Positions 53,029 to 62,066 of a DNA stretch of 64,000 bases are shown here, piece after piece. The DNA is from Candidatus Competibacteraceae bacterium (GTDB lineage: Bacteria; Pseudomonadota; Gammaproteobacteria; Competibacterales; Competibacteraceae), in assembly GCA_046347625.1 (NCBI GenBank), contig JAXMFU010000001.1, positions 671,512-735,511 on the forward strand. The letters are read 5' to 3'. The position numbers and the translations under genes are program-made. Position 1 is the first letter of the stretch, and every line of letters starts with the position of its first letter. Under the pieces are notes generated by a model, which was not told the DNA's origin, made no database searches, and saw only the letters and a list, made by a program, of their open reading frames with translations.

Positions 53029-54566
53029 CCTGGCGCCGGGATGATTGGAAGATGTTTGCCGCGCTTGGTCAGTTGCGGTTCGGCGCGAATGACTTCGAGC
53101 AACCCGCTCTGTTTCCAGATCTGTGCCGAGAACTTGCCAGAGCCGTGTGCACGGCTAAGCGTGTCGAGCACGGCGCGGATAAACTGCGCTTCGTCCAGGT
53201 TTTCGAGACGGGGATGAATCGCCACCTTGAGGCGGGTCAGTTCACCTTGACCGTCGGTTTCCCAGAACTGGTAATCGTCAGGGCTGCCCCCCAGTTGCTC
53301 GATGAGCGCACCGATGATCTCGTCGAGATCGGTGGCGAGGATCGCCATCCCTTCACCGGTCAGCTTGTCCCGGCTACGAACGTTGACGACGTGGGTTTCC
53401 ATGCCCAAATCACCAAACGCGCAACTGCACCGGCGCGTCACCAGCGCACCGGTATCGCCGATGTCGGTGTTGAAAAGAACCTTACCGGTGTGTGGCGACA
53501 ATGATGTGAACAGGAAGCTTTCCGCCCGCTGAATCACCGCCAAGCGGTCGACGTAGATGTGCATGTCGTCGGCGCCGGTCCGGTACGGGCAAGCCGCGCC
53601 GATCAAGCCGGCCTCCGTTGCCGAGTAGCGTGGAAATACCCGCGCGCCGGTCGCTTCGATGAAGCGGCACCGGCGTTCGGTCAATGGTTCTCCAGCGCTT
53701 AAGATCACGCTGCCGCTAATGTCGAGCCCACGTTCATGCGCAGCTTGGGCCAGGCGCACGGCGGAACTGACATAGGTTCTGAGCAGCGGTGGTCCGACTT
53801 TTCTTTTTGTCGTCGCAATCCATTCAGCAACCCGACCGGCGTGGCTGAAATCCGCAAATTCGGGCCGGGGAAGCGGCTGCCCCAGCAGCCGGCAGCAGCC
53901 AAGCAGGTACTCCATTGCCAGCCGGTGCCTTGACAGCAAACCGCCAGCCTTCCAGTCGGTCTGCGAAAACCATTGCAGCGGCACGCGCCGAAACCGGACA
54001 TTCATCATCGCGCTGCTAACGCCGGCAATCGCCGGCAGCGTCGGTAACCACAACACCAGCGGTGCCGTGCGGACGCCGTGCAGTTCATTGAGAATCAATT
54101 CGTTGGCCGCCTGCTCGTGGAACAACGCCCAGTCATATACCACCCGCGAACCGTGCGAGCGGCTACCACTGGTTGTCGCTTCGAGACCGGTGGCCGTGAA
54201 AAATGGGTTATCGAAATTATCCTCACGCGGTTGCAGCCACAGCCCGGAACGCTGGATGGGCGTGCGCGCCTTGAATTCGGCCAACGACACGTATACGCCG
54301 GCATCGCGCAACTGCGCCAGCGTTGGCTCCAGCCCGTGTCGGCGGACGTTTTGTGCCAAATCACCGTACTCGCACCCGGCCCACGCCAACAAGGCGCGAT
54401 ACGGACTCGAGGGGTTGCCGTAGATATGCGTCTGCGCCAGGCGTAGAAACCGGCCGGCTCGGTCGGCCAGCCGCAGTTTAAGCGCCGCGACGGCTTCGGC
54501 ATAATTCAGCGGCCGGCGGATGAAGGCCGGCAATCCCCATGCCAGGCGCGCCAGTTGCCCAATCAC
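53025..54566 (-). CDS. Second PaaK/CapK-like adenylate-forming enzyme. The start was re-set to a GTG that overlaps the upstream stop (GTGA).
   Basis: Aligns along its whole length with the 48409-49941 protein (SSPYR.LL.WAGC, ATSGSRS.GSRV.YDW, FPRY..TE.GL.GAACP). The 589-aa ORF as listed would overlap the ALDH gene by 230 nt. Confidence 0.6.
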   Translation of the reverse strand: MIGQLARLAWGLPAFIRRPLNYAEAVAALKLRLADRAGRFLRLAQTHIYGNPSSPYRALLAWAGCEYGDLAQNVRRHGLEPTLAQLRDAGVYVSLAEFKARTPIQRSGLWLQPREDNFDNPFFTATGLEATTSGSRSHGSRVVYDWALFHEQAANELILNELHGVRTAPLVLWLPTLPAIAGVSSAMMNVRFRRVPLQWFSQTDWKAGGLLSRHRLAMEYLLGCCRLLGQPLPRPEFADFSHAGRVAEWIATTKRKVGPPLLRTYVSSAVRLAQAAHERGLDISGSVILSAGEPLTERRCRFIEATGARVFPRYSATEAGLIGAACPYRTGADDMHIYVDRLAVIQRAESFLFTSLSPHTGKVLFNTDIGDTGALVTRRCSCAFGDLGMETHVVNVRSRDKLTGEGMAILATDLDEIIGALIEQLGGSPDDYQFWETDGQGELTRLKVAIHPRLENLDEAQFIRAVLDTLSRAHGSGKFSAQIWKQSGLLEVIRAEPQLTKRGKHLPIIPAPG

Positions 54567-56374
54567 TGGTAAATCGCCTGAATGCGGGTGTACACCGCGC
54601 GATTGCTGCGGCCATGTTCGGGAGGGCCGATGCCGGACGCTTTCCAGCCACCGAACGGCGCTTCCGCATCCGCATCGGCGGTGGCGCGATCGAGCTTCAG
54701 GATACCGGCCTGGGCCGTTTCGAGAAATCGCGCCTGCCGCTCCGCCGACCGGCTGAACAGTGCCGCCACCAGACCGTGGCGCACCCCGTTGCACAAGCGC
54801 AAGGCGTCCTCGAAGTCGCGCGCCGGTTGCACGACCAGCACGGGGCCAAACGTTTCTTCCTGTACGATCTCGGCGGCCGGATTGTCACATTGAATGACCG
54901 TCGGCGGAAAATACCCCGGCATCGGGTCCGCCGGGCCTTGCAAGAGCAGTCCACCGGTACGCGCCACCAAGGCGGCCACTTGATCGCGTTTGGCCGTCGA
55001 GATCAATGTGCCGACATCGGTCCGCGGATCCAGCGTGGCCACCGCCCGGTGCAGATGTTCGAGAAACGCATCCCGGCAGGCCGTGTCGAGGATTACCCGC
55101 CGGTTCGCCGTGCAGCGCTGCCCGGCAAAACCGAACGCCGCTTCGGCCACCGCCGTGGCGGCGGCCGCCAAGTCCGTATCCGACCAGACGATGGCGGCGT
55201 TATTGCCGCCCAGTTCGGCCTGCAACGGTACGCGGCGTTGCGCACAGATCACCTGTGCCGTCCAACCGGCCGCCTCCGAGCCGGTCAAGACCACGGCGTC
55301 GACGGCAGGGTCGGCCATCAACCGTTCGGCAACCGTAGCGTCGCCGTTCACCAGGTTCACCACGTCCGGCGGTATACCGGCTGTTTCGAGCAAAGCCATC
55401 AGCCGGACGGCAATACCCGCCGCGGCTGGAGCCGGTTTCCAGACCACCGTGTTGCCATAGAGCAGCGCCGGTGCGAGCCGGCCGACGGGGATGGCGACCG
55501 GGTTATTCCACGGCGTGATGACGGCGATCACCCCGCGCGGACACCGGCGCTCGCGGGAGTGCTCGCCGCACGGTGCTTCCCACGGCTCGCGCGCATACCG
55601 AATCGCGGCGTCGATGAGTGCCACGCTGCGTTCGAGTTCGGCATTACCGTACCGGAGCGGTTTATGAATCTCCGCCACCATCTGTCTGGCTAAGGCCGGC
55701 GACTCCGCCTCGATCAGCGCCGCCAGCCGGATGAGCATCTCGGCGCGATCGTTCAGCGACAGCTTGCACCAGGCGTACCCGGCATGTCGTGCCTTGGCTG
55801 TAGCGCATGCCACGTCCACCCGTTCATCGGCAATGGCGCCGCCGGGTAATCGATCCGCCGGGACAAACTGGACCGCGCGGGCTTCCAGGTACCGGTGCGT
55901 CACGGCGGCATGCAACGGGTCTTCACTGCCGACGGCATCGGCGACAATCCAGACTGTCCACCCACGTTGATAGGCGTCGAGCGCGGTGGCGCGTATGCAG
56001 CTTTGAAGTTGCACGCCCGCCAGCCAGAGGGTGTCGATTCCGCCAGCGCGCAGCACCGTGTCCAATGAGCCATCGACGAACGCACTGAAGCCGGTTTTGT
56101 GCAGCACGGTTTCGGACGGCCAGGGCGGCAACGGCGAGGCATGTCCGGCCGTGCCGTCGACACATATCCATTTACCGTCGCGTTGCCAGTGCGGCATCCG
56201 GTCGTCCGGCTCACGGTGTACCGTGGTCCGGACATGAATGACCGGGATGGCCGCCGCGCGGCAGCGCTCGAGCAGTTTTGCCACCCGGGCGATCAATTCA
56301 CCCGTCGTCGGTTGGAGTGCGGGTGAGTCCAGGTAATCCTGCTGCAGATCGACGAGCACCAGCGCTGGTTTCAT
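54563..56374 (-). CDS. Fusion of an N-terminal isochorismatase-like cysteine hydrolase domain with a C-terminal aldehyde dehydrogenase domain.
   Basis: N-terminal ALVLVDLQQDY and ...CIRATALDAYQRGW. C-terminal ELGGNNAAIV and the catalytic FAGQRCTANRR. Confidence 0.75.
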   Translation of the reverse strand: MKPALVLVDLQQDYLDSPALQPTTGELIARVAKLLERCRAAAIPVIHVRTTVHREPDDRMPHWQRDGKWICVDGTAGHASPLPPWPSETVLHKTGFSAFVDGSLDTVLRAGGIDTLWLAGVQLQSCIRATALDAYQRGWTVWIVADAVGSEDPLHAAVTHRYLEARAVQFVPADRLPGGAIADERVDVACATAKARHAGYAWCKLSLNDRAEMLIRLAALIEAESPALARQMVAEIHKPLRYGNAELERSVALIDAAIRYAREPWEAPCGEHSRERRCPRGVIAVITPWNNPVAIPVGRLAPALLYGNTVVWKPAPAAAGIAVRLMALLETAGIPPDVVNLVNGDATVAERLMADPAVDAVVLTGSEAAGWTAQVICAQRRVPLQAELGGNNAAIVWSDTDLAAAATAVAEAAFGFAGQRCTANRRVILDTACRDAFLEHLHRAVATLDPRTDVGTLISTAKRDQVAALVARTGGLLLQGPADPMPGYFPPTVIQCDNPAAEIVQEETFGPVLVVQPARDFEDALRLCNGVRHGLVAALFSRSAERQARFLETAQAGILKLDRATADADAEAPFGGWKASGIGPPEHGRSNRAVYTRIQAIYQ

Positions 56375-57516
56375 GCAGGGTTCGATTCCCGGTAAAGCGC
56401 GAACACGATGTCCGCGACCAACTCACCCATTTCACGGGTTCCGACCAGGCGTCCACCCAACTCCATCAAATCAGCCGTCCGCCAGCCTTGACGCCAGACT
56501 TGGTGCACGGCCCGTTCGATCGCATCGGCGGCATCGCTGAGACCGAAGCTTTCACGCAGCAACATCGCCACGGAAAGGATCTGGCCGGCCGGGTTTGCCA
56601 CATTCTTGCCGGCCAGGTCGTAGGCGGCGCCATGGTTGGTTTGATACGCCGCCGCGGCGCCGGGGGCAAAGTTGCCGGAGTAGGCCAATGCCCGCGACCC
56701 GAGTAATACCGCGCTTAGGTCGGCCAGCACATCGCCGAAAAGATTCGGCGCCACGATGACATCGAAGTCCCGGGCATGCTGAATCACACAATACGCGGCA
56801 TAATCGACGTTCAGCAACTGTAACTCGATACCCGCCGCGGCGGTAATTTCCAGCGCGCAGTCACGCCATAATTCGCTGATGGTCGGGATGCCGGCGTCTT
56901 TGTAGATGACCGTTAACCGGCCCCGGCGCCGACGGGCGATGCCGGCGGCGGCTTCGAGGATACGCCGCACGTCGGTTTCGGCGTAGGAAAAGTTGTGATT
57001 GGCCACGCGCGTTCCATCGGCTCGAGTGGTTTCGCTCCATTGGCCTTGGTAAATCCCACCGGCATTGTCGCGGATGATGATCAAATCCACGTTATCGCAG
57101 TATTCCGGTTTGAGCCGCGCCGTCAGGCGCAGTGCCGGGTCGGTTCGGACCGGGACAATTTTACAAAACAGATCGAACCGCCGGCGGAGGTCGTAGACGA
57201 AGCGGCCGCCGCCGGCGCCGTGCAACAGGGCGCCCCCATCGGCAAACACGTGACGGCAAAAATTCTCCACTTCAGCCGTCAGAGCGGCACCATGGGCCTG
57301 CTCGGCGGCGGTACCGATCAAGCCGCCGCGGCGAATAATAAAGCTGTATGGGCTGATGGTCTCCAGCGCCTGCAACACGGTGAGACCGGCACCGACGACT
57401 TCCGAGCCGACGCCTTCGCCGTCGAGCACGCCCACCAGATAGTGGCCATTGGAAGGCGACGGTTGGCGCTGACGACCGGGGATACAATCACTCCAGGTTT
57501 TGGCTTCAGGGTACAT
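56371..57516 (-). CDS. Isocitrate/isopropylmalate-dehydrogenase-family beta-decarboxylating dehydrogenase.
   Basis: NLFGDVLADLSAVLLGS is the signature of the IDH/IMDH family. Confidence 0.7.
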   Translation of the reverse strand: MYPEAKTWSDCIPGRQRQPSPSNGHYLVGVLDGEGVGSEVVGAGLTVLQALETISPYSFIIRRGGLIGTAAEQAHGAALTAEVENFCRHVFADGGALLHGAGGGRFVYDLRRRFDLFCKIVPVRTDPALRLTARLKPEYCDNVDLIIIRDNAGGIYQGQWSETTRADGTRVANHNFSYAETDVRRILEAAAGIARRRRGRLTVIYKDAGIPTISELWRDCALEITAAAGIELQLLNVDYAAYCVIQHARDFDVIVAPNLFGDVLADLSAVLLGSRALAYSGNFAPGAAAAYQTNHGAAYDLAGKNVANPAGQILSVAMLLRESFGLSDAADAIERAVHQVWRQGWRTADLMELGGRLVGTREMGELVADIVFALYRESNPA

Positions 57517-57562
57517 GCTGGCTTGTAGGTAATGTTATCTGGATGGCGTTATCTGGATGGCG

Positions 57563-59125
57563 CTATGCCTGGTGCGGATAGACGCCGGTCCATTGGGCCA
57601 ACTTCACTTCAAGGGGAAACTGGTGGAAACGTTTTTTCACCCGCAGGTAGGCAAGCGGATAATAAATCGAGGCAAGCAGACGAACGAGCCAATGAGTTTT
57701 CTTGTACGGCGTGACGAAGTTATTACGGATGGCCAGCGCCGAGGTGAAATGCAACATCCGAATGAGACTTTTCTGGTCGGCCGATAACCAGGGCGCGTAA
57801 CGATTGACGGTGCTGAAGTTGAAACTCACCCATTCTTCCAGCGCGGCGGGGACTTTCAATCCGTGCTGCACGGCGAGATCGAAATCGGCCATACCAGGGA
57901 ACGGGGTGAAGACGTTAAGGCGGGGGACCGCCGCCGGGTTGTCGGCGGCGAGTTGGAGGAAGAGATCGACGGTCTGGGCCAGTTCCTCCTGGGTCTCGGT
58001 GGGAATGCCCATCATGAAGAAATAATGCGGTCGGATATCGAAGCGGGCGAGGCGCCGATTGAAGCGTACGATGGCCGGGATGTCCTGCGGTTTGTTCAAT
58101 AACCCCAGGATGCGCGGGGACGCGGATTCGATCCCGATCATTAACCGCGTACAGCCGCCGTCGCGCAGGATTTGCAGTTCGGCGTCGGACAAGGCAGTCA
58201 GCACGGCGCTGTGGCCGTCGACTTTGGCACAATCGATGCCGAGGTTGAGTTCCTTGAGTTGCCGGAAAATGGCGAGAGCGCGTTCTTTCTTCCCGAAGAA
58301 GTTGTCGTCGGTGAAGATAAAATGCCGAATGCCGTACTCGTTGACGATGCGCTGGAGCCGCCGCACGGTCTCTTCGACGGAGAGCGCGCGCCAGGTGCTA
58401 TGGTAGGCGGCGGTGTTGTAACAGTACTGACAGTGGAACGGGCAACCCCGACTGGTTTCCAGGCTCAGGTGCGGTATGCCGGAAATCAACGGCATATAGT
58501 TGCGGATATCCACCAGATGATAGGCCGGAAACGGTTGTACGTTCAGGTCGATCAATGGCCTCGGCCCGGTCGAACGTGGAGTTCCGTCCGGTTTGTACCA
58601 GACTCCGCGTACCCCGCCCAGCGGCGCGCCGGTCTCCAGGGCCTGCACCAGTTCGAAGAATGTTTCCTCGCCTTCACCTTGTACCACAAGGTCGATGTGC
58701 TCATGGCGCAGCGTCTGTTCCGGCATCAAGGTGGGATGGATACCGCCCCAGACTACCGGTACGGAACTGTGTTGTTTCACCAGGCGGGAGGCTTCCAGCG
58801 CCGAGCGAATCTGCGGTCCGGTCATGGAGGTGACGCCAACACAAACCGGCTCGCGGCGCAGCTCCTCCAGGAGCAACTCGCGCCAGCGGCTTTCCAGCCG
58901 CTGATCGATAATGCGCACGTCGTAACCCGCCCGGTCCAACGGAGTTCCAATCGCCAGCAGACCTTGCGGCAACTCGACACGCGGCTGGACCGCACCGCCA
59001 AATCGATGGGCCGGCTGGAATAATACGATTCGTCGTGAAGTACGTTGATTCATGGTCGTCGGATTCATCGCCAATGCAGCGGTATCGCCCAGGCACGTGT
59101 GGAGCTGGTATACATAGTCACCCAC
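57563..59125 (-). CDS. B12-binding radical SAM protein. The true start is probably the internal Met near 59068.
   Basis: An N-terminal B12-binding region, then the CPFHCQYC radical-SAM cysteine triad. Confidence 0.8.
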   Translation of the reverse strand: MGDYVYQLHTCLGDTAALAMNPTTMNQRTSRRIVLFQPAHRFGGAVQPRVELPQGLLAIGTPLDRAGYDVRIIDQRLESRWRELLLEELRREPVCVGVTSMTGPQIRSALEASRLVKQHSSVPVVWGGIHPTLMPEQTLRHEHIDLVVQGEGEETFFELVQALETGAPLGGVRGVWYKPDGTPRSTGPRPLIDLNVQPFPAYHLVDIRNYMPLISGIPHLSLETSRGCPFHCQYCYNTAAYHSTWRALSVEETVRRLQRIVNEYGIRHFIFTDDNFFGKKERALAIFRQLKELNLGIDCAKVDGHSAVLTALSDAELQILRDGGCTRLMIGIESASPRILGLLNKPQDIPAIVRFNRRLARFDIRPHYFFMMGIPTETQEELAQTVDLFLQLAADNPAAVPRLNVFTPFPGMADFDLAVQHGLKVPAALEEWVSFNFSTVNRYAPWLSADQKSLIRMLHFTSALAIRNNFVTPYKKTHWLVRLLASIYYPLAYLRVKKRFHQFPLEVKLAQWTGVYPHQA

Positions 59126-59271
59126 GCTGCAGCGGGCGGTGTGGAGTTCGAATTCGGGTGCAGGCGGTGGTTCATAGCGATCGAGTCATCGTCTGAGCCG
59201 CAGTGTCGGGTCGGCCTGGATCGGCTGGGCGCCAATTTTAGTTTAAAGCGGAAACGGGTGGAAACGTTTTT

Positions 59272-60507
59272 TTACCTGCGGTGAGCGGCTGAAGTCGCCC
59301 TGATTTTCTCGATTAGCGTGAGGTAATGTTGCAGATGGACTTCCGCCGTCCATTTCGCCTGATAAGCCCGGTATGCAGCGTAACCCAGATCATCCCGGAG
59401 CGCCTTGTTCTCCAGCAATCGCTCCATCGCAGTCAGCAGTTCCGACTCGTTCGTATAGCTGAAACCACCGCCGCTCTCTGCGATCAGCTCCGGCATCGCC
59501 CCTAAATTTCTGACAATCACCGGCGTTCCTTGTTGAAAGGCTTCCAGAATTACCAGCGGGCAAACTTCGAACCATAGGGAGGGCACGATCAGTGCCATCG
59601 CCTGCTGATAGCAGGCTTGCAACCGGCCGGCCGATAGATGACCCAGAAAGCGGATGTTAGTGCTGCCGTCGGCCAACCGCCGTAAGAAGGGTTCGTAATC
59701 ACCGGTACCGGCAATCAGCAGGCGCGCCCGCGAATAATTCCGGAAAAGAGGAATAAGCGTTTGCACTCCTTTGATTTTTTCCAAACGCCCTACATAGAGA
59801 AAATAGGGCACTTCCATGCTATCCCCCACCCATTCCGTTCCTGGTACTGCCGGTTCTTCGGAAATGAAATTGGGCAGATGTACGCCTGGCAGCTCGAGTC
59901 CTCTTTGCCGCAGAGTCTGTGCGCTGAAAAGGCTGGGTGCAATCAGGGTATCCACATGCGCCAGCATTCTCTCTAAAAGTCTGCCATAGCGCCACCATTG
60001 CGGCGGGCGCTTATGGACCAGTGTGCAGGGCAGACAAGTGGGATGCGCGCAGACCGCTCGGTTGAATTTGAACAGCACATGGGCAGGGCAGACCAGCCAG
60101 TAATCATGCGTTGTCAGGAGCTTGATACCCTGGCCATAGGCCAGTATCCCTGGACCACCGACTAAAGAAATGTTGTGATAATGGATGACGTCGAAACCTT
60201 TTTGCAGGATCGACTGGATACGGGCCCGCTTGAAAAAGGGGAGTCCGGTCTGTTGCGTGGCCAGAGGAGACAGTGGACCGAAGCGGCTCCTGAGTCCATG
60301 GATTGTTACATTGGGGTGGTCGTCATAGGTACCTGCCGGCTCCCGTCCCGCCAGCAGTAAATAGGAATCGATACAGTGGATTACCTCCACCTGATGCCCG
60401 CGCCGCGCCAGTTCGTTGCTCAGGCGGCGCACGAAAATCCCGTCTCCACCGAAGTTATAGGGAGGATAGAAGGTAGTAATCATGCAGAAGCGCAGTGACG
60501 TTCTCAT
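59272..60507 (-). CDS. Family 4 glycosyltransferase.
   Basis: The N-terminus MITTFYPPYNFGG and the C-terminal EVCPLVILEAFQQGTPVI form the GT4 fold. Confidence 0.8.
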   Translation of the reverse strand: MRTSLRFCMITTFYPPYNFGGDGIFVRRLSNELARRGHQVEVIHCIDSYLLLAGREPAGTYDDHPNVTIHGLRSRFGPLSPLATQQTGLPFFKRARIQSILQKGFDVIHYHNISLVGGPGILAYGQGIKLLTTHDYWLVCPAHVLFKFNRAVCAHPTCLPCTLVHKRPPQWWRYGRLLERMLAHVDTLIAPSLFSAQTLRQRGLELPGVHLPNFISEEPAVPGTEWVGDSMEVPYFLYVGRLEKIKGVQTLIPLFRNYSRARLLIAGTGDYEPFLRRLADGSTNIRFLGHLSAGRLQACYQQAMALIVPSLWFEVCPLVILEAFQQGTPVIVRNLGAMPELIAESGGGFSYTNESELLTAMERLLENKALRDDLGYAAYRAYQAKWTAEVHLQHYLTLIEKIRATSAAHRR

Positions 60508-61115
60508 GTTATTGCAGCTGCCGTTATATAGAAAACCTGTAATATAATGACTGATAGTTATCGGTAAAACCCCTGAAAAGCTGCGTCGCGGTCGCCGGTT
60601 ATGATGTTCGGCAAGCAGCTAACAGATTTCAAGAACTACTACTGTTGAGTCCCCGACTCGCGAGGGGTTGAAGTGACTTCCTGTCCCTCCAACCCCATCG
60701 CGTTGGCTGGCACTTCGGTGTTAGCGACTCAACCAGCTCACCGGGGCAACCCGGTAACCGTTACCCGTGAATCTGCTCTAGGGACGGTTGACCCTAGCGC
60801 GGTGTGTAGTCACTCCGGGATGCTTCACCAGTCCCGGACTCTGAGGCTGGCGGTTAAACAGTACGCGATCGGGAGACGACAGTGCCGCCACCAGGGATGG
60901 CCCTACGGGGGCAAAAACCACGGGCTAACTGAGCGAGGTGACCGTTACCGGCTTCGACCGGGCTGGGGAGTAATCCCTACCCTGACCCCGACCAGGGGGC
61001 CTCACGGCCACACGTCGGGGACAAACTTTTTCAGCCGCGGGACGCCCAGGCTAACGCCTATGGCTTAAACCCGTGGGGTCGTCACTCATCCCTGAGTTCC
61101 TTCGAGGATAATAGC

Positions 61116-62012
61116 ATGGATATGATCCTGAATTTTGCGCCGACCGGCATGATTCCAACCAAACAGATGACGCCTTATGCAGCTGTCGGCATTCAGGAAA
61201 TTATCGAAGATGTGCATGCCGCCTATGAACTGGGCATCACCCTCGTCCACCTCCATGCCCGGGACGAGGTGACCGAAGAGCCAACGTATAGGGCCGACGT
61301 GTACGCGAAGCTCATCGAGGGTATCCGCGAATTTTCCAAGGATCTCATCGTCTGCGTTTCCCTCAGTGGGCGCACCTTTCAGGAATTCGAAAAACGAGCC
61401 GCGCCGCTTCAACTTGATGGCGATCTCAAGCCGGACATGGGAAGCCTGACGCTCAGTTCGGTCAATTTTCCCCAGGTAGCCAGTGTGAATTCCCCGCAAA
61501 TGATTCAAGCCCTGGCCACCGAGATGCAACGACGCGGCATTCTGGCGGAATTGGAGGTCTTCGACGTGGGCATGATCAATTATGCAAAGTATCTGGAAAG
61601 CAAGGGCTTATTGCAACCGCCGCATTATTTCAATCTGCTGCTGGGCAGTATCGCCGGTGCCCAGGCCGATCTACTGCCTGCCGGCCTCATGATTCGCGAT
61701 CTACCACCGGGTTCCCTGTGGAGTTTTGCCGGCATCGGTGACGATCAACTGACAATGAACGCACTGGCCGTCGCCGCCAGCGGCGGCGTGCGCGTCGGCC
61801 TCGAGGACAATATCTGGTATGACCGCGGCCGCACTCGGCTGGCGCGCAATATCGACCTGGTGCGTCGTATCCACCAGTTGGCGGAGGTCTTGGAACGACG
61901 GATCATGCCACCCCAGGAACTCAGGCGATGCTTGCAACTCGAGGCAGGCAACGGTCGTTATGGCCGCCGCAGCGCCATGGCAGCGAATGCGAAGGCGCCG
62001 GCGATCGCTTGA
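61116..62012 (+). CDS. BKACE-family (DUF849) beta-keto-acid cleavage enzyme; 3-keto-5-aminohexanoate-cleavage-enzyme-like.
   Basis: N-terminus MILNFAPTGMIPTK, TIM-barrel length, and a GLEDN motif. Confidence 0.75.
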   Translation: MDMILNFAPTGMIPTKQMTPYAAVGIQEIIEDVHAAYELGITLVHLHARDEVTEEPTYRADVYAKLIEGIREFSKDLIVCVSLSGRTFQEFEKRAAPLQLDGDLKPDMGSLTLSSVNFPQVASVNSPQMIQALATEMQRRGILAELEVFDVGMINYAKYLESKGLLQPPHYFNLLLGSIAGAQADLLPAGLMIRDLPPGSLWSFAGIGDDQLTMNALAVAASGGVRVGLEDNIWYDRGRTRLARNIDLVRRIHQLAEVLERRIMPPQELRRCLQLEAGNGRYGRRSAMAANAKAPAIA

Positions 62013-62066
62013 CATCCGCTGGATCGCCCCGGTCATCAATCAACCGGACCGATCCAATTACTGTCC

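Noticed and set aside
60673-61068. A 131-aa ORF in the long intergenic region upstream of the BKACE gene.
   Set aside because: Composition dominated by R, G, P and T with no hydrophobic core pattern. The region is treated as non-coding, and possibly as a structured RNA, instead.
60508-61115. Cobalamin, TPP, SAM, glycine, ZTP or fluoride riboswitch, or RNase P / SRP / tmRNA / 6S RNA, in the 600-nt leader.
   Set aside because: None of the hallmark boxes (GCCACTG, CTGAGA, GGAAGGAAGCAGCC, GAAAGTCCGG and so on) is present by eye. The region is left as an unclassified candidate.
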